From NCBI GenBank assembly GCA_963675595.2, contig CAXXLZ010000001.1, positions 768,001 through 832,000 of the forward strand: a stretch of DNA of 64,000 nt, written 5' to 3'. The notes beneath the pieces are model-generated. The model was not told the origin of the DNA. It saw only the letters and a list, made by a program, of their open reading frames with translations, and searched no databases. The translations under genes were made by a program, and so were the position numbers. The stretch comes from Thermodesulfobacteriota bacterium (GTDB lineage: Bacteria; Desulfobacterota; Desulfarculia; JACQYL01). Each line of letters opens with the position of its first letter. Position 1 is the first letter of the stretch. Shown here in pieces: positions 10,143-19,684 of this stretch.

Positions 10143-10981
10143 GAGACTTCTCCTTTACTTCGGCTCGGGAGCACAAGCCGGGTTCGTGGTCCATGAAAGT
10201 CCCTCCGGCGATTCACCGAGGGCCGGAGGCCCGGCTGCGCGAGATGGCAGCTTCCTTGGATGGAATGCGGATTCAAGGCCTTGTTCCCGTTGTTGAAACC
10301 AACGCGCCGCAAAGCGGGATGAAGGAGCTGCTTCTCTCGTAGTCGGCGGTTGAAGGGAAATGCGTATTCGAGGTCGTGTTCGAGCATCAAGCGGAGAGAG
10401 AACCTTCTTGGGAGAAAAATCAACAATCAAAGCCAGTATATCATATTTATTTCCATCGGGAAGATGAAAAATGTGAATGGAATGAGTAGATTGTCATACA
10501 ATGTGACGGGACCCCGGCAGGTGAAGACTATTCATGCTTTTCGGACAAGCCGATGTTTGAAGAATACCGCATCACCGACAGTCACCCGAGTCCGTTCCAA
10601 GACCTTTGCCGACCCTCCCGTATGGGGCGGAAGGACGCCGACGTGGTTTGGGCATATTGGCGTCATGTTGTATTGATGAGCAATCGACTATTGTTGTTAT
10701 GAATCAGGAATACATTTTCCGTCTAGTATGGAATATGGTTGGTAGGCAGCAGCTCATAGCGTCTATTCCATCGTATGTATGTTCCATTCATGATTCACCT
10801 GGTTGATTACATTGCTGTGTTTCTTGAATGGCGTTGTACTTTGGTTTTGCATGTCTTTAGGAAAAATAAGCACTTCAAGAGCAGGGTGTCGAAGAGACCG
10901 ACACCGAACATGGGCTGGGTCGCTGAGTTGTTGACGTGTCCAACGGCCGGGGGAGAGAAGTTCGAATGCGTACGGCCGGAC

Positions 10982-13900
10982 CTACCGGGAACCGGCGCGC
11001 CGGTCTTCAATGCCCAGACGGGCCAGCAAGTCATCCGTTGGTTTGCCGTCGGCGGCGTACCCTCGCACCTTGTAGTATCGATCCAACAAGGCGTCGAGAG
11101 GGATCGTACGCCTTTGCTCGTCCGACTCCCGGTATTCGGAGAGCAGCCGCGGCGGGAGGATATCGTCTTTCCGACCGATTCCCTCGCGGGTGTTCATGTA
11201 GCGTTCCAGCACATGAATCCGTTCGCCTGCGGTGATGAACTCCTTGCAGGACAGGGGAGCGCCGGTCACTGAGGACCAGAGGTCTCGATAGAGGCCGAAA
11301 TCGATCAAACGTAACGCCGCCTTGGGTAGGTTCTGCATGATGAACCCCAGCAGAAAATGCGGTGTGTACTTGGTCAAGGGGGGTTCGAACACGTAGGCGA
11401 AGGCCGTGAATTGACAGGTCTGCAAGGAGTTCACGCAGCAGTACAGGTTTTCCAGGAATGCGATGAAGTCCGCCTTGGCGCCCACACGAAACGGATTCAG
11501 CAGGCCGAACAGCACTTCCAGGGCCACGGGATAGGCGGACAGGTGACAGCCGCCGCGATTGGCCACGGCATAGGACAGCGCCTGCCCAAAGCATCCTCTC
11601 GGATCATAGGCGGACACTTCCATTCCCTTCACGTGCACGGCGAAATCCTCACCGCCGTATTTCTCCGCCAGTGCACGGCTGCCCATGCCCATTTCCGCGC
11701 CGAAGCCGCGTGCGTATCCGATATCGTACAGCGCGTCGGCCACGCCCTTAGGTTCGCCGAACCTGAGCTCGCTCCGAATGAGCCCCTTTTCGGTGGCTTC
11801 CATCACCCAGGCGAAGGTCCCACCGGTGGAGATGGTATCCATGCCCATGTCGGCGCAGATTCGGTTCCACTCGGCGATGACGTCGCCGTCGAAGACGCCC
11901 AGGTTGGACCCGAGAAGACCCACGGTTTCATACTCGGGGATGGGAAGCGACTTGCCCTCGAAGGTTCCTTTATGGCCGCACATGATGGAGCAGGGGATGC
12001 AGAAATGCGGTTTGGAGGCGTGCTTTTCCGCGAGAGTTCGTCCGGAAAGCTTCATGCCCTCGTCGTGCCGGCCGTCCTGGAAGTTGCGAACCGGCAGGAT
12101 GTTGTTGTTATTCGTGAACTCCGTGTTGGACGCGGTGCCGAAGTTGCGCAGTACACGCGACGTCATGTCGTTGGAACGGATGTAGGATAGGGCACGTTTC
12201 TTCGCTTTGCGGAACGCGGCCTCGTTCTTGGGAAGAATCTTGGTGTAGCCGCCCTTGGCGACAATGCCTTTGACGTTTTTAGAGCCCAAGACCGCACCCA
12301 GGCCGCCGCGTCCCAGAAACCGGTCGCCGGACCTCACATTAGCAAACCGCACCCCGTTTTCGCCGGCCGGACCGATGACCAGTGCCGCAGTCCCTTTCTC
12401 GCCCGTCATTCGCGCCTGGGCTTCCGAAGTGGTCAGGCCCCACAAATCGCCGGCATCGTGAAAGGTTACCTTGTCCCGATCGACTTCGATGAATATCTTG
12501 GTTTCGGACTTTCCTTTGATGATGATGCCGTCCCAACCGGCGGTCTTCAAGGCCATGCCGAAGGGGCCTCCGCAAGAGGAAGCGGTCATGATTCCGGTGA
12601 GCGGGGATTTGGTCACCGCGGCGAAACGACCGGTGCAGGGCGCGCCGGTGCCCATGAGCACTCCGGGCATGACAACCACCATGTTTTCCTCGGATAATGG
12701 ATCGATTCCCGGCTCGACGCGATCGTAATAGAGCTTCAGGCCGAGCCCCTTGCCTCCCAGATATGCTCGGCGCTCCATTTCACTCACATGGTGGACTTGC
12801 CAGGTGCGCGTGGTCGGATCAACTTCCAGAACCCGGTTGGACGGCCCGGATTGTTCCCTCGCCCCCTCGCCGCCATAGGCTTGATTCAGCACGTCCAAGG
12901 CGTCATGCAGGTCCATCTCCACCGGGTTGAATACCAGCGAACCGTCGTTGATTGCGGCCTCCGCCACCGCTTCGAGCTGATCCCGATCCACTCCGGCTTC
13001 GGTCAGCGTCAAGGGCAAACCGCACAACTCGTGTAATGTTTCGCGCAGGTCCTCCACCAATTCGATGGTCTTGTGTGCTCTCTCCGCTTGGGGGGTCGTC
13101 GCGTAGATTTCCGGACCGCCCAGAGGGAGCAGCAGTCCTCCGATCCACTCGGCCGCCTTGGGCAGGTTGTACCTCAGTCCGTGGGGCAGAAAGATGGACA
13201 TGGCCACCCCATGCGGAACGTGAGCCAGACTTCCCACCGCGTGTCCGAGACTGTGCACCATCCCCACCATGGAATTGGAGAAGGCCGCCCCGGCCATACA
13301 GGCGGCGTTGGCCATGGCCAGCCTTGCATCGACGTCTTTTCCGTTTTTGACCGCCTTCACCAGGTTGTCCCGGATCAGGGAGATGGCGGCCAACGCGTGT
13401 GCGTCGCTGATGGGATTATTCTGCAGGCAGATGTAGGCTTCCATGGCGTGACTCAAGGCGTCCATGCCGGTGGCCGCCGTGATGCGGGGCGGCATGGTCG
13501 ACATCATACGGGTGTCCAGAACCGCCACTTTGGGCAACAGGTGATAAGAGGTGAACAGCATCTTCATGCTCTTCTTGGTATCGTTGATCACGGCCACCAG
13601 GGTCACCTCCGACCCGGTACCCGATGTGGTGGGGACAACGATCAGCGGCTTCATGGGTTTTTTCAACATCTCCGCTCCCATGAACCGGGAAAGATCGTCC
13701 GATTTCTCCGTGATGACGATATTGACCCCTTTGGCCGTGTCGATGGCCGATCCGCCTCCCACGGCAATGAGGGAATCGCAGCCGGCGGCACGGTAAATCT
13801 TGGAGATTTCGTTCACCGTTTCCACGGAAGAATCCGGTGGTGTTTCATCAAAGACGGCGCCGATGGTCACGCCGGAATCCGCAAACGCGCCTTTCACGAT

Positions 13901-14062
13901 GTCTATGAGACCGGCGCGTACCACGCCTTTGTCCGTGATGATCATGGGGCGTGCGGCGGCGAGTTGCTCCAATTCGAAGGGAAGATTCTCCAGCGCCTTA
14001 TGACCGGAAATGATCTTCACCGGGTTGTGGAACTCATAGTAGGGTGGAATCCTGGTATTCAT
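10982..14062 (-). CDS. Fusion of iron-containing alcohol dehydrogenase (N-terminal) and W/Mo aldehyde:ferredoxin oxidoreductase (C-terminal)
   Basis: Fe-ADH motifs GGGSAIDTAK, PTTSGTGSE, DALSHAMEAY, HSLGH..HG. AOR motifs YLGGKGLG, KSPLTG, IGPAGE, GRGGLGAVLGSKN, CIPCSIMC, EYET, DTIS, NRGGCH. Confidence 0.9.
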   Translation of the reverse strand: MNTRIPPYYEFHNPVKIISGHKALENLPFELEQLAAARPMIITDKGVVRAGLIDIVKGAFADSGVTIGAVFDETPPDSSVETVNEISKIYRAAGCDSLIAVGGGSAIDTAKGVNIVITEKSDDLSRFMGAEMLKKPMKPLIVVPTTSGTGSEVTLVAVINDTKKSMKMLFTSYHLLPKVAVLDTRMMSTMPPRITAATGMDALSHAMEAYICLQNNPISDAHALAAISLIRDNLVKAVKNGKDVDARLAMANAACMAGAAFSNSMVGMVHSLGHAVGSLAHVPHGVAMSIFLPHGLRYNLPKAAEWIGGLLLPLGGPEIYATTPQAERAHKTIELVEDLRETLHELCGLPLTLTEAGVDRDQLEAVAEAAINDGSLVFNPVEMDLHDALDVLNQAYGGEGAREQSGPSNRVLEVDPTTRTWQVHHVSEMERRAYLGGKGLGLKLYYDRVEPGIDPLSEENMVVVMPGVLMGTGAPCTGRFAAVTKSPLTGIMTASSCGGPFGMALKTAGWDGIIIKGKSETKIFIEVDRDKVTFHDAGDLWGLTTSEAQARMTGEKGTAALVIGPAGENGVRFANVRSGDRFLGRGGLGAVLGSKNVKGIVAKGGYTKILPKNEAAFRKAKKRALSYIRSNDMTSRVLRNFGTASNTEFTNNNNILPVRNFQDGRHDEGMKLSGRTLAEKHASKPHFCIPCSIMCGHKGTFEGKSLPIPEYETVGLLGSNLGVFDGDVIAEWNRICADMGMDTISTGGTFAWVMEATEKGLIRSELRFGEPKGVADALYDIGYARGFGAEMGMGSRALAEKYGGEDFAVHVKGMEVSAYDPRGCFGQALSYAVANRGGCHLSAYPVALEVLFGLLNPFRVGAKADFIAFLENLYCCVNSLQTCQFTAFAYVFEPPLTKYTPHFLLGFIMQNLPKAALRLIDFGLYRDLWSSVTGAPLSCKEFITAGERIHVLERYMNTREGIGRKDDILPPRLLSEYRESDEQRRTIPLDALLDRYYKVRGYAADGKPTDDLLARLGIEDRRAGSR

Positions 14063-14098
14063 CGGTCCCCTCTCGTAGGCACTTCAGGAAGGTTCCTT

Positions 14099-14626
14099 CT
14101 ATTTTCCAAACGGCACGCCCAAAGCATAAATCTTGATCCGAACCCACTGCTTCCGCAGCGGCATGGGAGGGAGTCGTTTCATGATGCGCCTGTTGATGAA
14201 GGAAGGGAACAGGTGGCCCATGAGGATGTTCACGCACCGGGTAAATACCATGGCGTAGGCCAATATGCCCGCGACGCTGATGCGGTGTTCCGCGAAGCCC
14301 TGCGGGGTGCCGATCTGTGCGGTGAGCACCATGAAGGCGCTTTCCGTGTTCTTGAAGCTGATCGTGAGCTCCGCGTCTTCCGGTCCTCCGCCCAGGTATC
14401 GGAGCCCTGCGTCGCTCTTCAGGAGGGTCATGGCGGCACCACAGGGCGACACTCTCATTTGAATCCTGAATCCCTCCGGGATGGACGCGAGTTCCCGTTT
14501 CACGTCCGGGTCATGCATGGATGCCGACTGCAACCCCCGTCCCATGATGAAAAACACCATGCGGATGATCAGGGTCTTCAAACGCTTGGTCCCCGGTGGG
14601 ATCGGAGGAAATTTCAGCTCCTGCAT
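14099..14626 (-). CDS. SCP2 (sterol-carrier)-like hypothetical protein
   Basis: AGGAGG RBS before ATG 14626. 'AELTISFK...AFMVLTAQ...AEHRISVAG' resembles the SCP2 fold. Co-oriented just upstream of the ADH-AOR gene. Confidence 0.55.
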   Translation of the reverse strand: MQELKFPPIPPGTKRLKTLIIRMVFFIMGRGLQSASMHDPDVKRELASIPEGFRIQMRVSPCGAAMTLLKSDAGLRYLGGGPEDAELTISFKNTESAFMVLTAQIGTPQGFAEHRISVAGILAYAMVFTRCVNILMGHLFPSFINRRIMKRLPPMPLRKQWVRIKIYALGVPFGK

Positions 14627-14904
14627 GAAACCTCCTTGGCGGCCTCGGTTCGTCTTTTTCATGGCGATTCGTTTTATCCCACCCTTCCGTGTGGAGGAGG
14701 AGCCATTCGCGCGATCGGACGCGGCCGCAAGGGTCCGCCTTCTGGAACAAACTCAGTATACTCACAACTCCGTTCCCTGGTCACCGGTTTTCGGAGAGAG
14801 CGAGCGGTTCTACCGCGAACGCAATCCTCGGCCGTGAATCAAATCGGATGGATTGTTCACCGTCCTTTTGTGGTGACATAAGAGATATTTCCACTGTCAT
14901 GCAC

Positions 14905-14936
14905 AAAAAAGCGGGAATCTTCGTTGAGATTCCCGC
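14905..14936 (-). terminator. Rho-independent terminator downstream of the papain-like protease gene
   Basis: Minus strand reads GCGGGAATCT-caacga-AGATTCCCGC followed by TTTTTT. Confidence 0.8.
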
Positions 14937-15015
14937 CTGTCGTGAGTTATCGCTGTAATTATTTCACGAAACCCGTTGAGATTAGAGTCGGGCTCCGGAG
15001 CCTCTCAAAGAACCC

Positions 15016-17559
15016 TCATTCCATGCCCACCGGCTCGAATGTCTTCGAGATCATGATGTTCAGATCGGGCCGGCTGGACAGCACCGCCTTTGCGGAATCC
15101 GTATCCGTCACGGTGATGGTCAGCTGCTCACCCGTATGGGCCATGTGGGGAGCGGAAAAGACGTTTTTGAAAAACTCGCCCAAAAACGGGTGGAAATCCT
15201 CACCGTCGTAGGTATACACCGCCAGGGCGGAACCCACTTCATATTCCTGCAGATACAGGTTGAACCCCAGGTCCGCGCACTTCCAAATGCCCGAATGCAG
15301 GGTCTCTTTTGCGGGGAAGGTCTTGGTAATGGGTACTTGAACGGTGACGGGAGGCGTCTTCGTGTTGTCCGTGAGTACGGCGGTTCCCTGGGTGTCGGAA
15401 GAAAACACGATTTTCAAGGTTCGTTGCTGCTTCGGGTCCATGGAATCGGCCTGGAAGGTCCCGGAGTTGAACATGTCCGCCAGGAAGGCATAGAGGGAAG
15501 TGGGGTCCCCGGCGTAAATCACCACGGTGGACGCCGTGTCGTAATGCTGCACGTAAAAGTTGTAGTCCACTTTGTCCACGTTTCCCTTCCAGATGCCGGA
15601 ATAGGGAAGGTCGGCGATGCGAAGGCCGAAATGACCGGGCCCGCTGAGCACACCCAGTTCCCAGGTGTGATAGTAGAAGTCGGCGGAGCTGCCCCAAATC
15701 CAAAGGTGGTGCTGTTCCTCCCCATCCACCGCCGCGATGCTTCCGGAACTCTGCCCCAGTTCCGCCGTCACCGGGTAGTAGCCTCCGGCGGAAAGAGAGC
15801 CCATATCCTGTACGTCGAAGAGTTGTTCCGAGCCTCCATCGAAGTACAGTTTGTATTGATCCAGCCACCTCGCCCGCTCGAAAGAGGCGGATTCGTGCCC
15901 TATGTCGATATGGGTCCGGTATAGCAGCGCACCGTAATCGTGTCCGCTCCACGTCGTGGTGCCGGCTGCGAAATTGGCGTGAATCTGCGGATTGGAGGAG
16001 TTGATGAGTTCGAGCTCGAATTCCTGGCCGTTCAACTCCACGGAGTCGCCGTAAGCGTCGGGAGCACCCTCCGGGTTGTCGAAGTCGATGTATAAACGGA
16101 TCATATAACCCGCGCCGTCCAATATTTTTCCGGTCACCTCATGAGCGACGCCGTCGGACCCATAGTACGAACCCAGCCGCGCGTAGGAGTTGGCCGTGAC
16201 GTCCGAGAATTCGCCCGCCTGGACGTCCGTGGGGGGCATGGGTCTCGTTCGCCGGATGACGAGACGTCCGAGGTGTCCGTCATGATCCATATTCCATTCC
16301 CCCATCCACATGGCTTCGGGATTTTGACCCAGGAAGGGGCTCCTGACGCCGAGGACCACCGCGCCGCCGCCCGCCTGTTTCTCGATGTAATCGTAGGGAA
16401 CCCACAGGTAGGGAAGGTCGGGACCCCAGGAATTCTTGAGCAGGAGGAGCTTGCGTGTTCTGTCGTAGCCGATGATGAGGAGGGCGTGCCCGCTGACGGC
16501 ATCCTCGGTGTGGTTGGTGAAATCGCAAATGGGGTTCCCGTCGTCGTAGGTCTGTCCCGTATTACAGTCCAGATAGGGCTGATTGGCGCCACCCGGCTGG
16601 GACGCCGGGGGAGCGGCCTCCCAATTCAATCCGATGTAGACCTCCTTCTGATCCGCCAGGGTGTCCTCGATCAGCGAACTGTCCCTGGCCTCCGTCATGG
16701 TAAGAATCAACACACGTGTTGGTCCGTATTCGGCATTCTTCCGAGCGTCCAGGGGGATGAGCCGTTCATCGAATTCGTACGCGTCCAGCGCTTCCTGAGT
16801 CAGGGTGATTGCGGTTGCATTGCCCTTGTCGTCGAACTGATCGCACACCATACCCGAGTCCGTAACGATCGTGGCCCGGTCGGCGTCGCCGTGATAGGTC
16901 CCGTACTTATAGAGCTGGACATTGGCTCTGCCGAAATAAGGGGCATACTTCTCCAGAGGCAGGAACAGTCCGTTGGTGGCCGCCAAGGCGTGCCCGGGCA
17001 ACGTATGATCGGTATGGGTTCCGCACTGGGAAGTCCAGTTGTCGTGCATGAGTTCCGGCCGGTACGAGGCGTGGCTGGTGAAGACAATATGGATGAAATA
17101 TTCTTCCGAAAGATCGAACTCCTCACAACCCGCGTAACATTCAGGCGTGACGCAAATGAGGCTGCAATCGTTGGTGATGCCGTATTCCTGCCAGCGGGTC
17201 CATCCATCGGTGTACCGGTTCAGTTCGTGCAACCCATAAGTGCGGACGTACGCCGCCTCGAGGGCGCCGAGAAAGGCGAAGGACGGGCAGGAGCCGCGGT
17301 TGTTCTGGTCCTTCACTTCCGTTTGATAGGCCTTCAAGTCCAAATAGTCCGCGCTCGCGGGAGCCAGGGAAGCTCTAAATTCTTCCAACAGTTTCTTCTG
17401 TTCGGGCGAGACGGAGCGAATGGTCAGGCTTTCGGCGGGAACCAGGGTCGGCGGATCGTCGTATGCTCCCACGGCCTTGCCGGAATGGGCCTGTCGGGTC
17501 GGAACCAATGTGCAGAGCATTGCGACGACAAGAAGCAATCTCACAAGACCTGTGCGCAT
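15016..17559 (-). CDS. Secreted papain-like (C1A) cysteine peptidase with C-terminal accessory domains
   Basis: AAGGAG RBS, signal peptide, catalytic motifs QNNRGSCPSFA, DLSEEY, SGHALLIIGYD, LKNSWG. Confidence 0.85.
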   Translation of the reverse strand: MRTGLVRLLLVVAMLCTLVPTRQAHSGKAVGAYDDPPTLVPAESLTIRSVSPEQKKLLEEFRASLAPASADYLDLKAYQTEVKDQNNRGSCPSFAFLGALEAAYVRTYGLHELNRYTDGWTRWQEYGITNDCSLICVTPECYAGCEEFDLSEEYFIHIVFTSHASYRPELMHDNWTSQCGTHTDHTLPGHALAATNGLFLPLEKYAPYFGRANVQLYKYGTYHGDADRATIVTDSGMVCDQFDDKGNATAITLTQEALDAYEFDERLIPLDARKNAEYGPTRVLILTMTEARDSSLIEDTLADQKEVYIGLNWEAAPPASQPGGANQPYLDCNTGQTYDDGNPICDFTNHTEDAVSGHALLIIGYDRTRKLLLLKNSWGPDLPYLWVPYDYIEKQAGGGAVVLGVRSPFLGQNPEAMWMGEWNMDHDGHLGRLVIRRTRPMPPTDVQAGEFSDVTANSYARLGSYYGSDGVAHEVTGKILDGAGYMIRLYIDFDNPEGAPDAYGDSVELNGQEFELELINSSNPQIHANFAAGTTTWSGHDYGALLYRTHIDIGHESASFERARWLDQYKLYFDGGSEQLFDVQDMGSLSAGGYYPVTAELGQSSGSIAAVDGEEQHHLWIWGSSADFYYHTWELGVLSGPGHFGLRIADLPYSGIWKGNVDKVDYNFYVQHYDTASTVVIYAGDPTSLYAFLADMFNSGTFQADSMDPKQQRTLKIVFSSDTQGTAVLTDNTKTPPVTVQVPITKTFPAKETLHSGIWKCADLGFNLYLQEYEVGSALAVYTYDGEDFHPFLGEFFKNVFSAPHMAHTGEQLTITVTDTDSAKAVLSSRPDLNIMISKTFEPVGME

Positions 17560-17735
17560 GGTATGGACTCCTTTATGCTTGGGTGAGATTCGGGAAGGCA
17601 TCCTTGAAAGTCGATGCCTTTCATTGCATTATCCTGCGGGGCTTCTTCCCTTATTTCTCCCCAATAGATTGCTGAATCATTGCGTCTTTCCGGTACTTGG
17701 CCCGGAAACCGTACCGAACCTTCGTGATTGACTTA

Positions 17736-18272
17736 TTACAGCACGATTCTCACTGCGATGGCCAGCAGAATGGCGCCGCCCAGGCAGCCGACTTTTCGTC
17801 CATAGCTCTGGGAGAGGCGACTTCCGAGCTTCATGGCCGCGACTGTCATCAAAGCTGTAATGATGCCGATAAAGATGGAACTCACGAAGAGGCTTCTTGC
17901 CGTAATTCCGTAGCTGAATCCCACCCCCAGTGCGTCCAGGCTGGTGGCCAGGGAAAGCACGAACACCATGAGTCCTTTGGTGGGGTCGAGGGTATCGTCT
18001 CCGCTTTCTACCGCTCCGATACCGTCTTTGATCATCTTAATTCCCAACAGCACCAACATAGTGAAAGCGATCCAGGGGGCCCATTGGGAGGCGAAGACCA
18101 CGAGCCGCTTGCCCACGAACCACCCCACAAGGGGCATGAACCACTGGGCGAAGCCGAAACTTAAAGAGAGACGCAGGATATGAGGCGCGGCGCTGTATCG
18201 GGTTCCGACGCCGAGTCCCACGGCAAATGCATCGGATCCGAGGGCTATTCCGAGGAGGAGGGTTTCCAGCAT
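17736..18272 (-). CDS. mntP: Manganese efflux pump MntP family
   Basis: Duplicated DAFAVG and TSLDALGVG motifs; six hydrophobic segments. Confidence 0.85.
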   Translation of the reverse strand: MLETLLLGIALGSDAFAVGLGVGTRYSAAPHILRLSLSFGFAQWFMPLVGWFVGKRLVVFASQWAPWIAFTMLVLLGIKMIKDGIGAVESGDDTLDPTKGLMVFVLSLATSLDALGVGFSYGITARSLFVSSIFIGIITALMTVAAMKLGSRLSQSYGRKVGCLGGAILLAIAVRIVL

Positions 18273-18683
18273 GAAGACCTCGCCCGTTGCCGGAATCGGC
18301 GGGCATGATCGCCCGAAAGTACGGTGACTTCGGGCTATGAGGCGGCAAGTCCGTCCGCGGCGGGCTTCCCACCATTGTGAATCCGCATGAGGGTCGATCC
18401 GTTCCCGGTGCGAACCCGGGAACCCCGAAGAGCATTCAGGTTTGGGAGCACAAACCCGACAATCGGCTGGAGCATACCCTTACCGATGGGTTGAAAGCAA
18501 TACCCACAAGCGGCGCTCGATCAAGGATTACATGGTTTGCGGGGAAGATTTGGAGGCGTTATCGGAAGACTTGATCAGCGTAATCCCCGAGCGTACGCAG
18601 GGTGAAGCGACTCGATCCTGTGGCATGCCTTAGACGTGGTTCAAGGCGTTGACTTTTTCGAGGGCCGGCGATCTAATGAGCCC

Positions 18684-19616
18684 ATGCTGATCAAGAAATA
18701 TTTCCGGCCGATCAACTTTCTACTCGTGGGTCTGATGGCGTGGTCCGCCGCGCGGCTGGGCGTGACGCTCGTGAGTTCCCACTTGGAACCTCCGGTCCGC
18801 ATTTCACCCTCTTCCACGGTAGAACCCGCTGAGCTTGATCGTGGAGTCTCCGGGATACAGGCGTTTTCGGCCATCACGAGGAACAATATCTTCAATCCCG
18901 GCGCCGGGACGCCCGCCGTACGCGTCGCCCCCAAAAAGGCGGCCAAGGAAATCCGGGGGGACGATGCCGAGAATCTTCCGGACACGGATCTGCGCGTCGT
19001 GCTTCAGGGTACGGTGGTGGCCGAGGATGCGGCTTATTCCTTTGCGGTGATCCGAGACGACGCCGCCGGTGGGAAGCAGAAACTGCTCCAGCCCGGCGAG
19101 GAAATCCAGGGTGCAAGCCTCAAGGCCGTGCTTTGGCGGAAAGTGATTCTGGAACGCAACGGACGGGAAGAGGTGCTGGCCATGCCTGAGGACGACCTGC
19201 ACAGGAAGAGGAAGAGTGGTTCCCCACTTGTCGCGGGAGAGGTCCCTTCCGAGGAGGCCCGTGGCGTTTCTCCGGATGCGGTGAGGCAGGTGGACGATCA
19301 GACTTACGTTGTGGATCGAGGTGAGTTCGAGGGCATGATCAGCAACGTCAACCAATTCATGACTCAGCTTCGAGTCCGGCCCTATTTTGTCAACGGAAAA
19401 CCCGCGGGGTACCTGGTGAGCGACATTCGGCCGGGGAGCGTAATCGAGGAGCTGGGGATTCGAAACGGGGACATCCTGCAGGGTGTTAACGGTGCGCCCA
19501 TCACTCACCCTGAACAAGCCTTTGCCGCCTACCAACTGCTTCAACAGGAATCCGAGCTGACCCTGGAAATCAAGCGCGGCCCTGAAACTCACGTGTTCAA
19601 CTACCAGCTCAAGTAG
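18684..19616 (+). CDS. gspC: Type II secretion system protein C with PDZ domain
   Basis: N-terminal TM segment, RNNIF motif, 'LQGTVV...FAVI' HR domain, C-terminal PDZ (LGIRNGDILQGVNG). Confidence 0.85.
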   Translation: MLIKKYFRPINFLLVGLMAWSAARLGVTLVSSHLEPPVRISPSSTVEPAELDRGVSGIQAFSAITRNNIFNPGAGTPAVRVAPKKAAKEIRGDDAENLPDTDLRVVLQGTVVAEDAAYSFAVIRDDAAGGKQKLLQPGEEIQGASLKAVLWRKVILERNGREEVLAMPEDDLHRKRKSGSPLVAGEVPSEEARGVSPDAVRQVDDQTYVVDRGEFEGMISNVNQFMTQLRVRPYFVNGKPAGYLVSDIRPGSVIEELGIRNGDILQGVNGAPITHPEQAFAAYQLLQQESELTLEIKRGPETHVFNYQLK

Positions 19617-19684
19617 GTTTCTCGGCCTGCCTTTCTCGGCATGAACTTTCGTTTTCCCTCAAAGACGCAATCCGTTCCGGATGG

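Noticed and set aside
10143-10981. Long, partly AT-rich spacer with short ORFs and a GGTGTCG/CGACACC hairpin
   Set aside because: No convincing protein, RNA family or repeat array; the hairpin lacks a clear U-tract.
13073-14881. 602-aa plus-strand ORF
   Set aside because: Antisense shadow of the ADH-AOR and SCP2-like genes; no recognisable motifs.
16141-17586. 481-aa plus-strand ORF
   Set aside because: Antisense to the C1 peptidase; typical of GC-rich codon bias.
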